From assembly GCA_964486825.1 (NCBI GenBank), contig CAZAQS010000001.1, positions 4,386 through 68,385 of the forward strand: a stretch of 64,000 bases of DNA. Reading direction: 5' to 3'. A program made the translations under genes and the position numbers. Positions 28,310 to 37,335 of this stretch are shown in pieces. Origin of the DNA: an uncultured Anaerolineaceae bacterium (GTDB taxonomy: Bacteria > Chloroflexota > Anaerolineae > Anaerolineales > UBA4823). A model generated the notes under the pieces. The model saw only the letters and a program-made list of their open reading frames with translations. It was not told the origin of the DNA and searched no databases. The stretch's first letter is position 1. Each line of letters opens with the position of its first letter.

Positions 28310-30283
28310 TTACCTGTACTGTCCAGCCAACTCCTTCACAAGCTGGACGTTGTTTATATCTACAAAGCCCGGCCCGGTGGGGGTTACTGGTAGAGCCGGG
28401 GAGATATTCTGGCGGTTGTAAAGGGCCAAAGCCATCACCGCGCCATAGCCTTGTAAGAATGGCTGCTGGTCAATAGCGAACAAGGTGGTACCATTTTCCA
28501 GGTTAGCCACCACTTCCGGGGTGACATCGAAGGTGCCGTGCACCACATCCCCGGCAGAAAGCCCGGCTGCATCCATGAAGGCATAGAAGGGGTTAGCCCC
28601 CGTCGGTCCCAGGGTCATGAAGGCGTTCACATCCGGATTGGCAGTGTAGTAATCATCGATGGTGGTCTGTGAAGCTGCCGGGTCAGAAGAGATCGCCAGT
28701 ACTTCGGCTGTGAAGCCGTTCTCCGCAAAGGCATCCGTGAAGCCCCGGCAGCGTGCATCCAGGCCAACGTGCCCGACCTGGTGGTTGATGCACACACCAA
28801 CTTCGCCGCCCGCATCGACCATACGCAAGCCGCCCAGGTAGCCGCCCTGGTACTCATCTTGCCCGAGGTAGGTCAGGTAGGGGATGCCATCGTTGATCGG
28901 ACCGGCTCCGGCATTGTAGGCGATCACCGGAATGCCGGCTGCGATGGCGCGGTTGATCGGCTCACGGAATAGGACCGGATCGCTCACCGTCAATGCGATG
29001 CCATCCGGCTGGGCGGCAATCGCCTGGTCGATCAATGAGGCCGTCCGCTCCAGGTTGAACTCATCAGGTCCCAGGATTGTTACATCCACATCCATATTCG
29101 CGGCAGCCTCTTGGATGCCGTTTTCCACGACACACCAGAAGGCGTCCCAGGCGCATAGGGCGTGCTGTACCATGACGAAGTTGAGTGGCTTATCCGGTTC
29201 GACAGGCGCTCCCACGGTCTCGGCAGTCACAAAACCGGGGCCGGTTGCCGTAACGGGCAATGCGGGCGTGATGCCATAATTGTTGGCGAGCATCAGCCAC
29301 ATCACCGCGCCGTAGCCCTGCAGATAAGGCTGCTGGTCGATAGCGAACAAGGTGGTCCCGTTTTCAAGATTGCCTTCCACTTCCGGGGTGACATCGAAGG
29401 TGCCGTGCACCACATCCCCGGCAGAAAGCCCGGCTGCATCCATGAAGGCATAGAAGGGGTTAGCCCCCGTCGGTCCCAGGGTCATGAAGGCGTTCACATC
29501 CGGATTGGCAGTGTAGTAATCATCGATGGTGGTCTGTGAAGCTGCCGGGTCAGAAGAGATCGCCAGTACTTCGGCTGTGAAGCCGTTCTCCGCAAAGGCA
29601 TCCGTGAAGCCCCGGCAGCGTGCATCCAGGCCAACGTGCCCGACCTGGTGGTTGATGCACACACCAACTTCGCCGCCCGCATCGACCATACGCAAGCCGC
29701 CCAGGTAGCCGCCCTGGTACTCATCTTGCCCGAGGTAGGTCAGGTAGGGGATGCCATCGTTGATCGGACCGGCTCCGGCATTGTAGGCGATCACCGGAAT
29801 GCCGGCTGCGATGGCGCGGTTGATCGGCTCACGGAATAGGACCGGATCGCTCACCGTCAATGCGATGCCATCCGGCTGGGCGGCAATCGCCTGGTCGATC
29901 AACGAGGCCGTCCGCTCCAGGTTGAACTCATCAGGTCCCAGCACGGTTACATCGATGCCCATATCTTCCGCCGCGTCTGCGATGCCCTGTTCAACCGTAC
30001 ACCAGAAGGCGTCCCAGGCGCATAGGGCGTGCTGTACCATGACGAAGTTAAGCCCTTCACCTGTAGGTTGGGCTGGCGGCGCAGGTGGTTCTACTACGGG
30101 AGCCTCCGTAGGTTCTTCAACGGGCTCTTCCACAGGAGCTGGGGGCTCTGCCGGTGGGGCAGGCGGTTCTTCCTGGGGGACAGGCGTCGGTTGAGTGACC
30201 TCTGGCGTAGGACTCGGCTGGCATGCAGCCAGGACGACTGCCAGCACCAGAAGGGCTGTAAAGAGCAGGTTCAACTTTTTCAT
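28310..30283 (-). CDS. lipoprotein with two tandem periplasmic sugar-binding (PBP type I) domains
   Basis: 657 aa with a lipobox (LAAC) and a PE-rich linker. Two ~289-aa SBP modules follow, each starting LNFVMVQHALCAWDAFWC. The central ~188 aa of the two modules are identical. Confidence 0.8.
   Translation of the reverse strand: MKKLNLLFTALLVLAVVLAACQPSPTPEVTQPTPVPQEEPPAPPAEPPAPVEEPVEEPTEAPVVEPPAPPAQPTGEGLNFVMVQHALCAWDAFWCTVEQGIADAAEDMGIDVTVLGPDEFNLERTASLIDQAIAAQPDGIALTVSDPVLFREPINRAIAAGIPVIAYNAGAGPINDGIPYLTYLGQDEYQGGYLGGLRMVDAGGEVGVCINHQVGHVGLDARCRGFTDAFAENGFTAEVLAISSDPAASQTTIDDYYTANPDVNAFMTLGPTGANPFYAFMDAAGLSAGDVVHGTFDVTPEVEGNLENGTTLFAIDQQPYLQGYGAVMWLMLANNYGITPALPVTATGPGFVTAETVGAPVEPDKPLNFVMVQHALCAWDAFWCVVENGIQEAAANMDVDVTILGPDEFNLERTASLIDQAIAAQPDGIALTVSDPVLFREPINRAIAAGIPVIAYNAGAGPINDGIPYLTYLGQDEYQGGYLGGLRMVDAGGEVGVCINHQVGHVGLDARCRGFTDAFAENGFTAEVLAISSDPAASQTTIDDYYTANPDVNAFMTLGPTGANPFYAFMDAAGLSAGDVVHGTFDVTPEVVANLENGTTLFAIDQQPFLQGYGAVMALALYNRQNISPALPVTPTGPGFVDINNVQLVKELAGQYR
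28510..29074. repeat. intragenic direct repeat, copy A (565 bp)
   Basis: Compared by eye base by base with 29377..29941 at an offset of 867 bp. There is a single mismatch (29036 T versus 29903 C). The flanks are only roughly 80% identical. Confidence 0.9.
29377..29941. repeat. intragenic direct repeat, copy B (565 bp)
   Basis: Partner of 28510..29074. The ORF track shows duplicated antisense ORFs at the same +867 offset. Confidence 0.9.
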
Positions 30284-30396
30284 CTTTTTCCTCCAAAGCT
30301 CAAAACAAGTTAGGCATGTAGAAGTTCCAGGATTGACAGATGGAAAGCCATTTTAATGTGGAGCACCTCCTTTCACATGAACGGACATATGTACGC

Positions 30397-31398
30397 TCAC
30401 TCACCGCCGCGTAGATAGGTATTACTGATCACAGCAATAATAATGATCAAGCCAGCCACTGCCTGGAAGATTTGGATGGGGATACGCATCAAGACCAGGC
30501 CCTGTTCGAGCATTTGCAGCAAGATGATACCCACCATTGCTCCGAAAATGGTGCCAACACCCCCTTTCAAGCGGGTCCCCCCGATCACGCAAGCCGCTAC
30601 TGCGATCAGCTCCATGCCCTCCCCGCGCAGTGGATCCACGCTGGACCTGTGGGCAAACTGCATGATCCCCGCCAGCCCGGCCAAGACTGCTGCAATCATG
30701 AAGTTAGTCACTTTAACCCGGTTAACGTTCACACCCTGGGCTAATGCAGCCTCTGGAGAACCACCGGCTGCAAATGTCCAGTTGCCGTATTTTGTGCGCA
30801 TTAAAATAAAAGAGAAGATGAGGGCAATCAGCAGGAACCAAATGATCGACAGACGGAAATTAGGAACAGGGACAAACAGCTGGTTGAGAGGAGTGATAGG
30901 GCCGTTCAAGTAGTTGAAGAAGGTCAGGGCCTCACCGGTATAGGTAGCAAAATCGCCGCTCCCGATAGCTCTCACAATCCCTCGATAAGCCAGCATGGTG
31001 CCCAGGGTAGCGATAAAGGAAGGAATCCCTGAACGCGTCACGATCAATCCGTTGAGTAGCCCAAGCAGCGCGCTGACCAGGAGCGCCAGTATGGCTGCCA
31101 GAAAGGGCGCAACACCGGCAATCAGGGAGAGCGCAAACACGTAACTAGAGACTGCGAACGTTGCGCCCACCGAAAGATCGAACTCTCCCGAGATCATCAG
31201 CATGGCCACGCCGATAACCATAATCCCGGTGATGCTACCGAACGTGAGGATATTCGCAAAAGCAATCGGGGTGAGAAAAGTGTCTGTCGCCAGGCTGAAG
31301 AACAGGAAAACTGCCAGGAAGCTTACCAGGGCAACGACTTCCGGGATGGTAGCCAGGCGGTAGCGGAATCTCGTCCAGGTTTCTGTCATAATTGCCAT
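30397..31398 (-). CDS. sugar ABC transporter permease (RbsC/CUT2 type), copy 2
   Basis: 333 aa, a paralogue of 27235..28260 (ISGEFDLSVGA, GGTRLKGGVGT). Confidence 0.8.
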   Translation of the reverse strand: MAIMTETWTRFRYRLATIPEVVALVSFLAVFLFFSLATDTFLTPIAFANILTFGSITGIMVIGVAMLMISGEFDLSVGATFAVSSYVFALSLIAGVAPFLAAILALLVSALLGLLNGLIVTRSGIPSFIATLGTMLAYRGIVRAIGSGDFATYTGEALTFFNYLNGPITPLNQLFVPVPNFRLSIIWFLLIALIFSFILMRTKYGNWTFAAGGSPEAALAQGVNVNRVKVTNFMIAAVLAGLAGIMQFAHRSSVDPLRGEGMELIAVAACVIGGTRLKGGVGTIFGAMVGIILLQMLEQGLVLMRIPIQIFQAVAGLIIIIAVISNTYLRGGE

Positions 31399-31483
31399 AT
31401 ACAGCCTCTTAATAAGCTGGTCGTTCCTGTTGAACTAGGTTTTTCGATTTCTTTGGATAAAAGCAATTCTTGTGGATGAGGGA

Positions 31484-32374
31484 CTATTTTTCCATCTGCA
31501 AGCTTACCAGCGGAAGGCGTGGATCTTGCTCCGTCCAGGTGCTCTTGACCCAGGCGTAATCGGGGTCATCCGCATTCGCCAGCGATTGCGCTGAGCCCGC
31601 CAGCATATTGAGGTAATAGGTAGTGTACCCATGAGCAGAGACAACCGGATGGTAGCCTTCGGGCGATAACACCAACTGGCTATTCTGTACCAGAATGAGC
31701 TCGTCTAAGCGCCGGTCCGGTGTATACACACGCTGGTATGCATATCCTTCTGGTTTGTCGATCTTATAAAAATAAACCTCTTCCAGGTCGGCTTCCAGAA
31801 GCACCCCATTTTCATCTTCTCGATGCACATCGTGCTTATGGGGAGGATAGGAGCTCCAGTTTCCCGAGGGGGTGTAGACTTCTACCACTACCATACGGTG
31901 GCAATCGAATCCGGGGGGAATCATATTATTGATCTGCCGGGTAGCGTTCCCGCCGCCTCTGATCTCAATACTCACTTCGGAAGGGGGTACCAGCTGGACA
32001 GGGTGGTCCTGGTCCGTAGCACACCAGCCATAAGCGACATCCACAACATCTCCCAGCGCCTGCACCGAAAACTCCGTTCGTCGAGGAAGGTACAGCGAAT
32101 AAGGCATACCGCTGAAAACGTCTGGTCTACGTCCAATGGCCTCCCAGGCGCCGCGTGAGGAGCGCACAGAACACACGCCTCCCAGAACCACCAGGGCGAG
32201 CTCATTCTCCCCGGTGAAGTGTCTCCACGTCTGTCCAGGTCTCATCTTTCGGGCAGCAAAATGTAGCAGGTCCCAACCTGCCTTTTGAGGGGTTACCTGT
32301 ATATACTCCTCATCCTCAAAATTCGGCTTGATTAATAGCGGAGACTGGTAGGGCGACATCAGCTTCCCTCTCAT
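31484..32374 (-). CDS. iolB: 5-deoxy-glucuronate isomerase
   Basis: 296-aa cupin of the KduI/IolB family, with an HKHD region and iol context. The likely start is the internal M (MSPYQSPL). Confidence 0.75.
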   Translation of the reverse strand: MRGKLMSPYQSPLLIKPNFEDEEYIQVTPQKAGWDLLHFAARKMRPGQTWRHFTGENELALVVLGGVCSVRSSRGAWEAIGRRPDVFSGMPYSLYLPRRTEFSVQALGDVVDVAYGWCATDQDHPVQLVPPSEVSIEIRGGGNATRQINNMIPPGFDCHRMVVVEVYTPSGNWSSYPPHKHDVHREDENGVLLEADLEEVYFYKIDKPEGYAYQRVYTPDRRLDELILVQNSQLVLSPEGYHPVVSAHGYTTYYLNMLAGSAQSLANADDPDYAWVKSTWTEQDPRLPLVSLQMEK

Positions 32375-33411
32375 AAAAAGACAGTATACTTCCTGGGTGG
32401 AGCTGTGGAGGCTCTCAGCAAAAGCTCGCCGCGCAGGACGACGATCTGTGGTCCTGCCTGATTCTCCAGCTCTCTCCGCTCATTAAGTAACCTCAGCATC
32501 ATGCTGGCAGCCTCGAAACCCAGGTGGTACTTTGGCTGGTCGAAAGTTGTCAGTCCGGGTGTAGTAAACGCAGAGATGCCTATATTATCAAAACCCGTTA
32601 CTGAACAATCCGTGGGTACCTGCAATCCGGCTTCATGCAAGCCATGCATCAAGCCCAAGGCCATCATGTCATTGAAGCATACCACAGCCGTCGGTGGTTC
32701 AGCAAGCTGTATGAAATGCCTGGCGCCTTCAAAACCACCCTCTGGCCGGCCGTTTGGCCCACAATGAACGAACCCATCGGGTATATTCAGACCGGCGGCT
32801 TCCATCTCATCCCTAAAACCATTCAACCTGTCTTGAGTAGTCTTGCCGGCGTGGATATTGCCTAAAAAGGCGACCTTTCTGTGACCTAAATCAAGCAAAT
32901 GCCGGGTAATCTGGCGGCTGCCATACCTGTCATCATGGTAAATGGAAAACTTGTATTCTTCAGCCGACTGGTTGTTAACCACCACACACGGTACACCATA
33001 AAGCTGAATCTTACGACTATGCTCAGCGCTAAAAGGAGTTGAGCAAATGATCACCCCATCGACCCGGCGTTCCCCCATCGCCTGGACGATGGACTGTTCC
33101 CGACTAAAATCACGCTGAGAGGCTGCCACGAACAGGCTGTAGCCGGCCGGCTGGAGAGCGTTCTCGATGCCTTCTAATACCTCGCTGAAGAAAGGGTCGT
33201 CAATCCGGGTAACGATAACGCCCAAGGCTTCCGAGCGGTTGGTCCTCAAGCCGCGGGCGACAGCGCTGGGTGTATAACCCAGTTCGAATGCAATTTTTTT
33301 GATTCTTGAGGCTGTTTCAGGGGCGATATCCGGATGATTTCGCAAGGCACGCGAGACAGTTGGGTGGGACACTCCAGCCTGCCTGGCGATATCTTTGATC
33401 GTGACCGGCAT
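32371..33411 (-). CDS. LacI-family transcriptional regulator (probable iol repressor)
   Basis: HTH VTIKDIARQAGVSHPTVSRALRN plus a PBP-type sensor domain. I place the start at ATG 33411, with GGAGGG 8 nt upstream. The ORF-track extension to 33453 is probably not translated. The stop overlaps the iolB start. Confidence 0.8.
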   Translation of the reverse strand: MPVTIKDIARQAGVSHPTVSRALRNHPDIAPETASRIKKIAFELGYTPSAVARGLRTNRSEALGVIVTRIDDPFFSEVLEGIENALQPAGYSLFVAASQRDFSREQSIVQAMGERRVDGVIICSTPFSAEHSRKIQLYGVPCVVVNNQSAEEYKFSIYHDDRYGSRQITRHLLDLGHRKVAFLGNIHAGKTTQDRLNGFRDEMEAAGLNIPDGFVHCGPNGRPEGGFEGARHFIQLAEPPTAVVCFNDMMALGLMHGLHEAGLQVPTDCSVTGFDNIGISAFTTPGLTTFDQPKYHLGFEAASMMLRLLNERRELENQAGPQIVVLRGELLLRASTAPPRKYTVFL

Positions 33412-33426
33412 ATTCAAACCCTCCGC

Positions 33427-33438
33427 TGCACACGTGTG
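33427..33438. promoter_or_regulatory. perfect 12-bp palindrome GCACACGTGTGC, candidate LacI-family operator
   Basis: It lies just upstream of the regulator's SD and start, and it is CG-centred as LacI-family operators usually are. Confidence 0.4.
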
Positions 33439-33743
33439 CGAGAAGTTTATCAAAGCTTTTCCATCCGGTCAAGAAGAATTCACGCCAGATTTTGGTCATG
33501 GAATGGCTGTCCTCGGCTCGGCGGCGGTCCTCTTCCGGTTCCGAACCATCTGACTGATATTGAACATGCAAATACCAAATGCCAGCCTGATCCCTGTGAG
33601 CAAGCAGCCGTCTATCGGTTTCGCCCAGCGATTACATGAAACACATCCTCGGCCAGGTGGGGTTAGTTGCCATAATGTCTCATTCGATGTGAGGTAAAAT
33701 CTAAGGGGGAAAACTTTATGATCGATCCAACTCGGAGAGGCAA

Positions 33744-34685
33744 ATGCCCGAATATAAAATTCTGATAACCGATGGTTTGGAAGAACGCGGCCAGGCGCTC
33801 CTGCGCACCGCTGCCTACGTGGATGACAGGAATGGGATCTCAGCCGATGAGCTACTGGAAGTGATCGATCGCTATGATGCCATCATCGTACGCAGCCGTA
33901 CCAAGGTCACGTCACAGGTTATCGATGTAGCCAGCCAGCTTAAAGTGATTGGTCGGGCAGGTGTGGGCGTGGACAATATCGATCTGGAAGCTGCGGGTGC
34001 GCGAGGCATTGCCGTTTTGAACACCCCCACTTCTACCAGCATCGCAGTCGCAGAGCTTACCCTGGCGCTGATGCTCGCCCTGGCTCGCTCCATCCCCAGG
34101 GCAGACACCGCCGCCAAATCCGGGGAATGGATCAAGAAATCACTCTCCGGTGTTGAGCTGTATCAAAAAACACTCGGCATCCTGGGAATGGGAAATATCG
34201 GGAAGGAGGTCGCCCAGCGCGCCACCGCCTTCGGTATGTCCGTGATAGCTTATGACCCACTGATCAGCGATTTCGAGATCCAGCAGCGCGGAGCAGAACC
34301 GGTCCCGCTTCCAGAGCTGTATAACAGATCTGATTTCATTTCTATCCACGTCCCACTCACTCCTGAGACTCGGGGCATGATCGGAAAACAGGTTTTCCAA
34401 AGCATGAAAAGGGGCGTGCGCCTGGTCTGTGACGCCCGCGGAGGAGTTATCGACGAACAGGCTTTGCTGGAGGCGCTCGAGAGTGGCCAGGTTGCTGGGG
34501 CTGCCCTGGATGTTTTTTCTAAAGAACCACCTGGTAAGACGGAGTTGATCGCGCATCCCAACCTGATCGCCACGCCTCATATCGGCGCCCAAACCGAGGA
34601 AGCCCAGTTACGAGCAGCTGAGGATATTGCAGCAGAAGTACTCTCAGCTCTGAACGGCGATACCGTGCGCTGGAGAGTCGTCTGA
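33744..34685 (+). CDS. D-isomer-specific 2-hydroxyacid dehydrogenase, short SerA-like (no ACT domain)
   Basis: 313 aa with GILGMGNIGKEVA and the catalytic R/E/H pattern (PHIGAQT). Confidence 0.7.
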   Translation: MPEYKILITDGLEERGQALLRTAAYVDDRNGISADELLEVIDRYDAIIVRSRTKVTSQVIDVASQLKVIGRAGVGVDNIDLEAAGARGIAVLNTPTSTSIAVAELTLALMLALARSIPRADTAAKSGEWIKKSLSGVELYQKTLGILGMGNIGKEVAQRATAFGMSVIAYDPLISDFEIQQRGAEPVPLPELYNRSDFISIHVPLTPETRGMIGKQVFQSMKRGVRLVCDARGGVIDEQALLEALESGQVAGAALDVFSKEPPGKTELIAHPNLIATPHIGAQTEEAQLRAAEDIAAEVLSALNGDTVRWRVV

Positions 34686-34722
34686 TATTTATAATCTTTC
34701 ACGATAGGAGATCGAACAATCA

Positions 34723-36225
34723 ATGGAGCCGAAACTTGCCGAATTAAAAAGTATGCTTGCCGAGGTCATGGATCTTGAAAAGGTTGGCGAGGTGCTGGGG
34801 TGGGATCAGCAGACCTATATGCCACCGGGCGGGGCTGAGGATCGCAGCTATCATCTGGCAACCATTCGAAGCCTGGTGCATAAGAAATTTACTTCGGATG
34901 AGATCGGAAAGCTGCTCGAAGAGCTTAAACCCTACGCAGGGCAGCTCGATCCCGACTCCGATGAGGCCCGGCTCATCCGGGTGACGAGCGATAAATACAA
35001 TAAGAAGGTTAAGGTGCCCACTGAATGGGTGCGTGAATTTGCACAGGTGACTACCCTTGCGAACCGAGATTGGGAACAGGCGCGGGCAAACAGCAACTTC
35101 GAAGTCTTCCAACCCTCATTGGAAAGGATCGTAGAGCTCCGCCGGGCTTATGCATCATTTTTTGCTCCTTACGAGCATGTCTATGACCCCCTGCTAGATG
35201 AGTATGAGCCAGGTTTAAAAACGGCGGAGGTCAAGGCTATCTTTGAGAGCCTGCGTCCCCAACAGGTAGAGCTGGTCCAGTCTATCCAGGACCGGCCCCA
35301 GGTGGATGATTCGTTCCTGCACCAGCCTTTCGATCCTCAGAAGCAATGGGATTTCGGGGTGCAGGTCATCACGGACATTGGCTACGACTGGAAGCACGGG
35401 CGCCAGGACAAGGCTGCCCATCCTTTCACAATCAATTTTGGAATCGGTGATGTGCGGATCACCACCCGTATCATGCCCGATTACCTGGGTTCGGCTTTCT
35501 TCAGCACCGTGCATGAGTGCGGGCATGCACTTTACGAGATGGGAATAGACCCCAATCTGGCCCGCACCCCCCTGGCCGAAGGGACTTCGCTGGCCCTGCA
35601 TGAATCGCAATCGCGCATGTGGGAGAACCTGGTAGGGCGCTCTTACCCCTTCTGGGAACGCTATTTCCCCCGCGTGCAGGAGCTTTTCCCCTCCCAGCTT
35701 CAAAACATTAGCCTGGAGAATTTCTATAAAGGTATCAACAAGGTGGAACCATCTTTAATCAGGGTGGAAGCAGATGAAGCTACATATAACCTGCATGTCA
35801 TGTTAAGGCTTGAAATCGAAATTGCCCTGATGGATGGCTCCCTGGAGGTCCGCGACCTGCCCGAGGCCTGGAACGCCCGCATGCGTGATTACTTGAGCCT
35901 GACCCCGCCAAACGACGCCCTGGGTGTACTACAGGATGTGCATTGGTCCAACGGTTATATCGGCTATTTCTCCACCTATGCGCTGGGCAACTTGATCTCT
36001 CTGCAGTTATGGGAGGCCATGCGGGCCGAGATACCCGACCTGGATGAGCAGATCCGCAGGGGAGAATTCTCCAATCTTTTGGGTTGGCTGAGAGAAAAGA
36101 TTCACCACCATGGCAAAAAATTCCAACCGCAAGAGCTGGTCGAGCGGGTGACGGGATCGAAGATCGATTCTGCTCCCTATATGCGTTATTTGAACGAGAA
36201 ATATAGCCAGATTTACGGCCTTTAA
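34723..36225 (+). CDS. carboxypeptidase M32 (Taq-type metallocarboxypeptidase)
   Basis: 500 aa with the HECGHALYE zinc motif, plus HESQS and DVHWS motifs of family M32. Confidence 0.85.
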   Translation: MEPKLAELKSMLAEVMDLEKVGEVLGWDQQTYMPPGGAEDRSYHLATIRSLVHKKFTSDEIGKLLEELKPYAGQLDPDSDEARLIRVTSDKYNKKVKVPTEWVREFAQVTTLANRDWEQARANSNFEVFQPSLERIVELRRAYASFFAPYEHVYDPLLDEYEPGLKTAEVKAIFESLRPQQVELVQSIQDRPQVDDSFLHQPFDPQKQWDFGVQVITDIGYDWKHGRQDKAAHPFTINFGIGDVRITTRIMPDYLGSAFFSTVHECGHALYEMGIDPNLARTPLAEGTSLALHESQSRMWENLVGRSYPFWERYFPRVQELFPSQLQNISLENFYKGINKVEPSLIRVEADEATYNLHVMLRLEIEIALMDGSLEVRDLPEAWNARMRDYLSLTPPNDALGVLQDVHWSNGYIGYFSTYALGNLISLQLWEAMRAEIPDLDEQIRRGEFSNLLGWLREKIHHHGKKFQPQELVERVTGSKIDSAPYMRYLNEKYSQIYGL

Positions 36226-36228
36226 TCG

Positions 36229-37335
36229 ATGAGCGAGCTTACCGACCAGGTTTACCCTCCCACAATTGTGGTCATGCACGGCGATGAGACCGGCGAAGAG
36301 CTCCTGGAGCAGTCTCTGCGAGTGCTCGACCCGCAGCTCCTGGGCCTCAAGATGCATTTCGAGCACTTCGACTTGAGCCTTGGAAACCGGCGCGCCACCC
36401 AAAACGAAGTTGTCCGCCAGGCAGCCGATGCCATGTGCAGAACTGGTCTTGGGCTGAAGGCCGCTACGATTACCCCAGAGACCCAGGATGACGTGGGCAG
36501 CCCGAACGCCCTGCTGCGGGAAAAGATCGATGGGCAGGTCATCCTGCGGATCGGGCGATTGCTGCCGCGCGTCTCTTCGATAGCGGGTGTGCATTCACCA
36601 ATCGCCATCGTGCGCATGGCAGTCGATGACGCCTATGGGGCCAAGGAGTGGCGCGAAGATACCCCGCACGGGGAGGAGTACGCCTATCGCACTGCTTCGA
36701 TCCGCCGCAGCGTCTGCCGGGTGGTGGCGGAGTTCTCCTTCCAATACGCGGAACGGGTAAGAGCTTGTGTTTTCGGAGGCCCCAAGTACACCGTCAGCCC
36801 TGTATATGAAGGCATGTTCAAAGAGGAGCTGGATGCAGCCGCCCGGCGCCATCCCGAGGTAGAATACCTGCCATTGCTCATCGATGCCACCTTTGCGCTT
36901 TTGCTGAAAACAGGCGGAGAAGCCATGGTCATCCCGGCTCTTAACCGTGACGGCGACCTGCTCTCCGACCTGGTCTTGCAGATGTTCGGCAGCATTGCAG
37001 GCTCCGAGAGCCTGGTCCTTTCCTTCGACGAAGAAACCCTGCAGGTAAGGGGTGTGATGGCCGAAGCCCCGCATGGCACTGCGCCTACCTTGTACCGCAA
37101 GAATATCGCCAACCCCATCGCCATGATCCTGGCGTGTGCTGCTCTGCTCACCTATATCCAACATCCTCGCGCCCAGCAGGCTTCAGGCGCCATTTACGAT
37201 TCAGTCTTCGAGGCTGTCCATTCCGGTCATGCTACCACCGACCTGGGTGGTAGCATGACCACCACCGAGTTTACCGAGCAAGTGATCCATAGGATACGGG
37301 TCAAATTGGGACAGGAGAACCGTTCAGGCAAATGA
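36229..37335 (+). CDS. isocitrate/isopropylmalate dehydrogenase family protein
   Basis: 368 aa with a beta-decarboxylating dehydrogenase fold (NRDGDLLSDL, APHGTAP). Specificity cannot be called. Confidence 0.6.
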   Translation: MSELTDQVYPPTIVVMHGDETGEELLEQSLRVLDPQLLGLKMHFEHFDLSLGNRRATQNEVVRQAADAMCRTGLGLKAATITPETQDDVGSPNALLREKIDGQVILRIGRLLPRVSSIAGVHSPIAIVRMAVDDAYGAKEWREDTPHGEEYAYRTASIRRSVCRVVAEFSFQYAERVRACVFGGPKYTVSPVYEGMFKEELDAAARRHPEVEYLPLLIDATFALLLKTGGEAMVIPALNRDGDLLSDLVLQMFGSIAGSESLVLSFDEETLQVRGVMAEAPHGTAPTLYRKNIANPIAMILACAALLTYIQHPRAQQASGAIYDSVFEAVHSGHATTDLGGSMTTTEFTEQVIHRIRVKLGQENRSGK

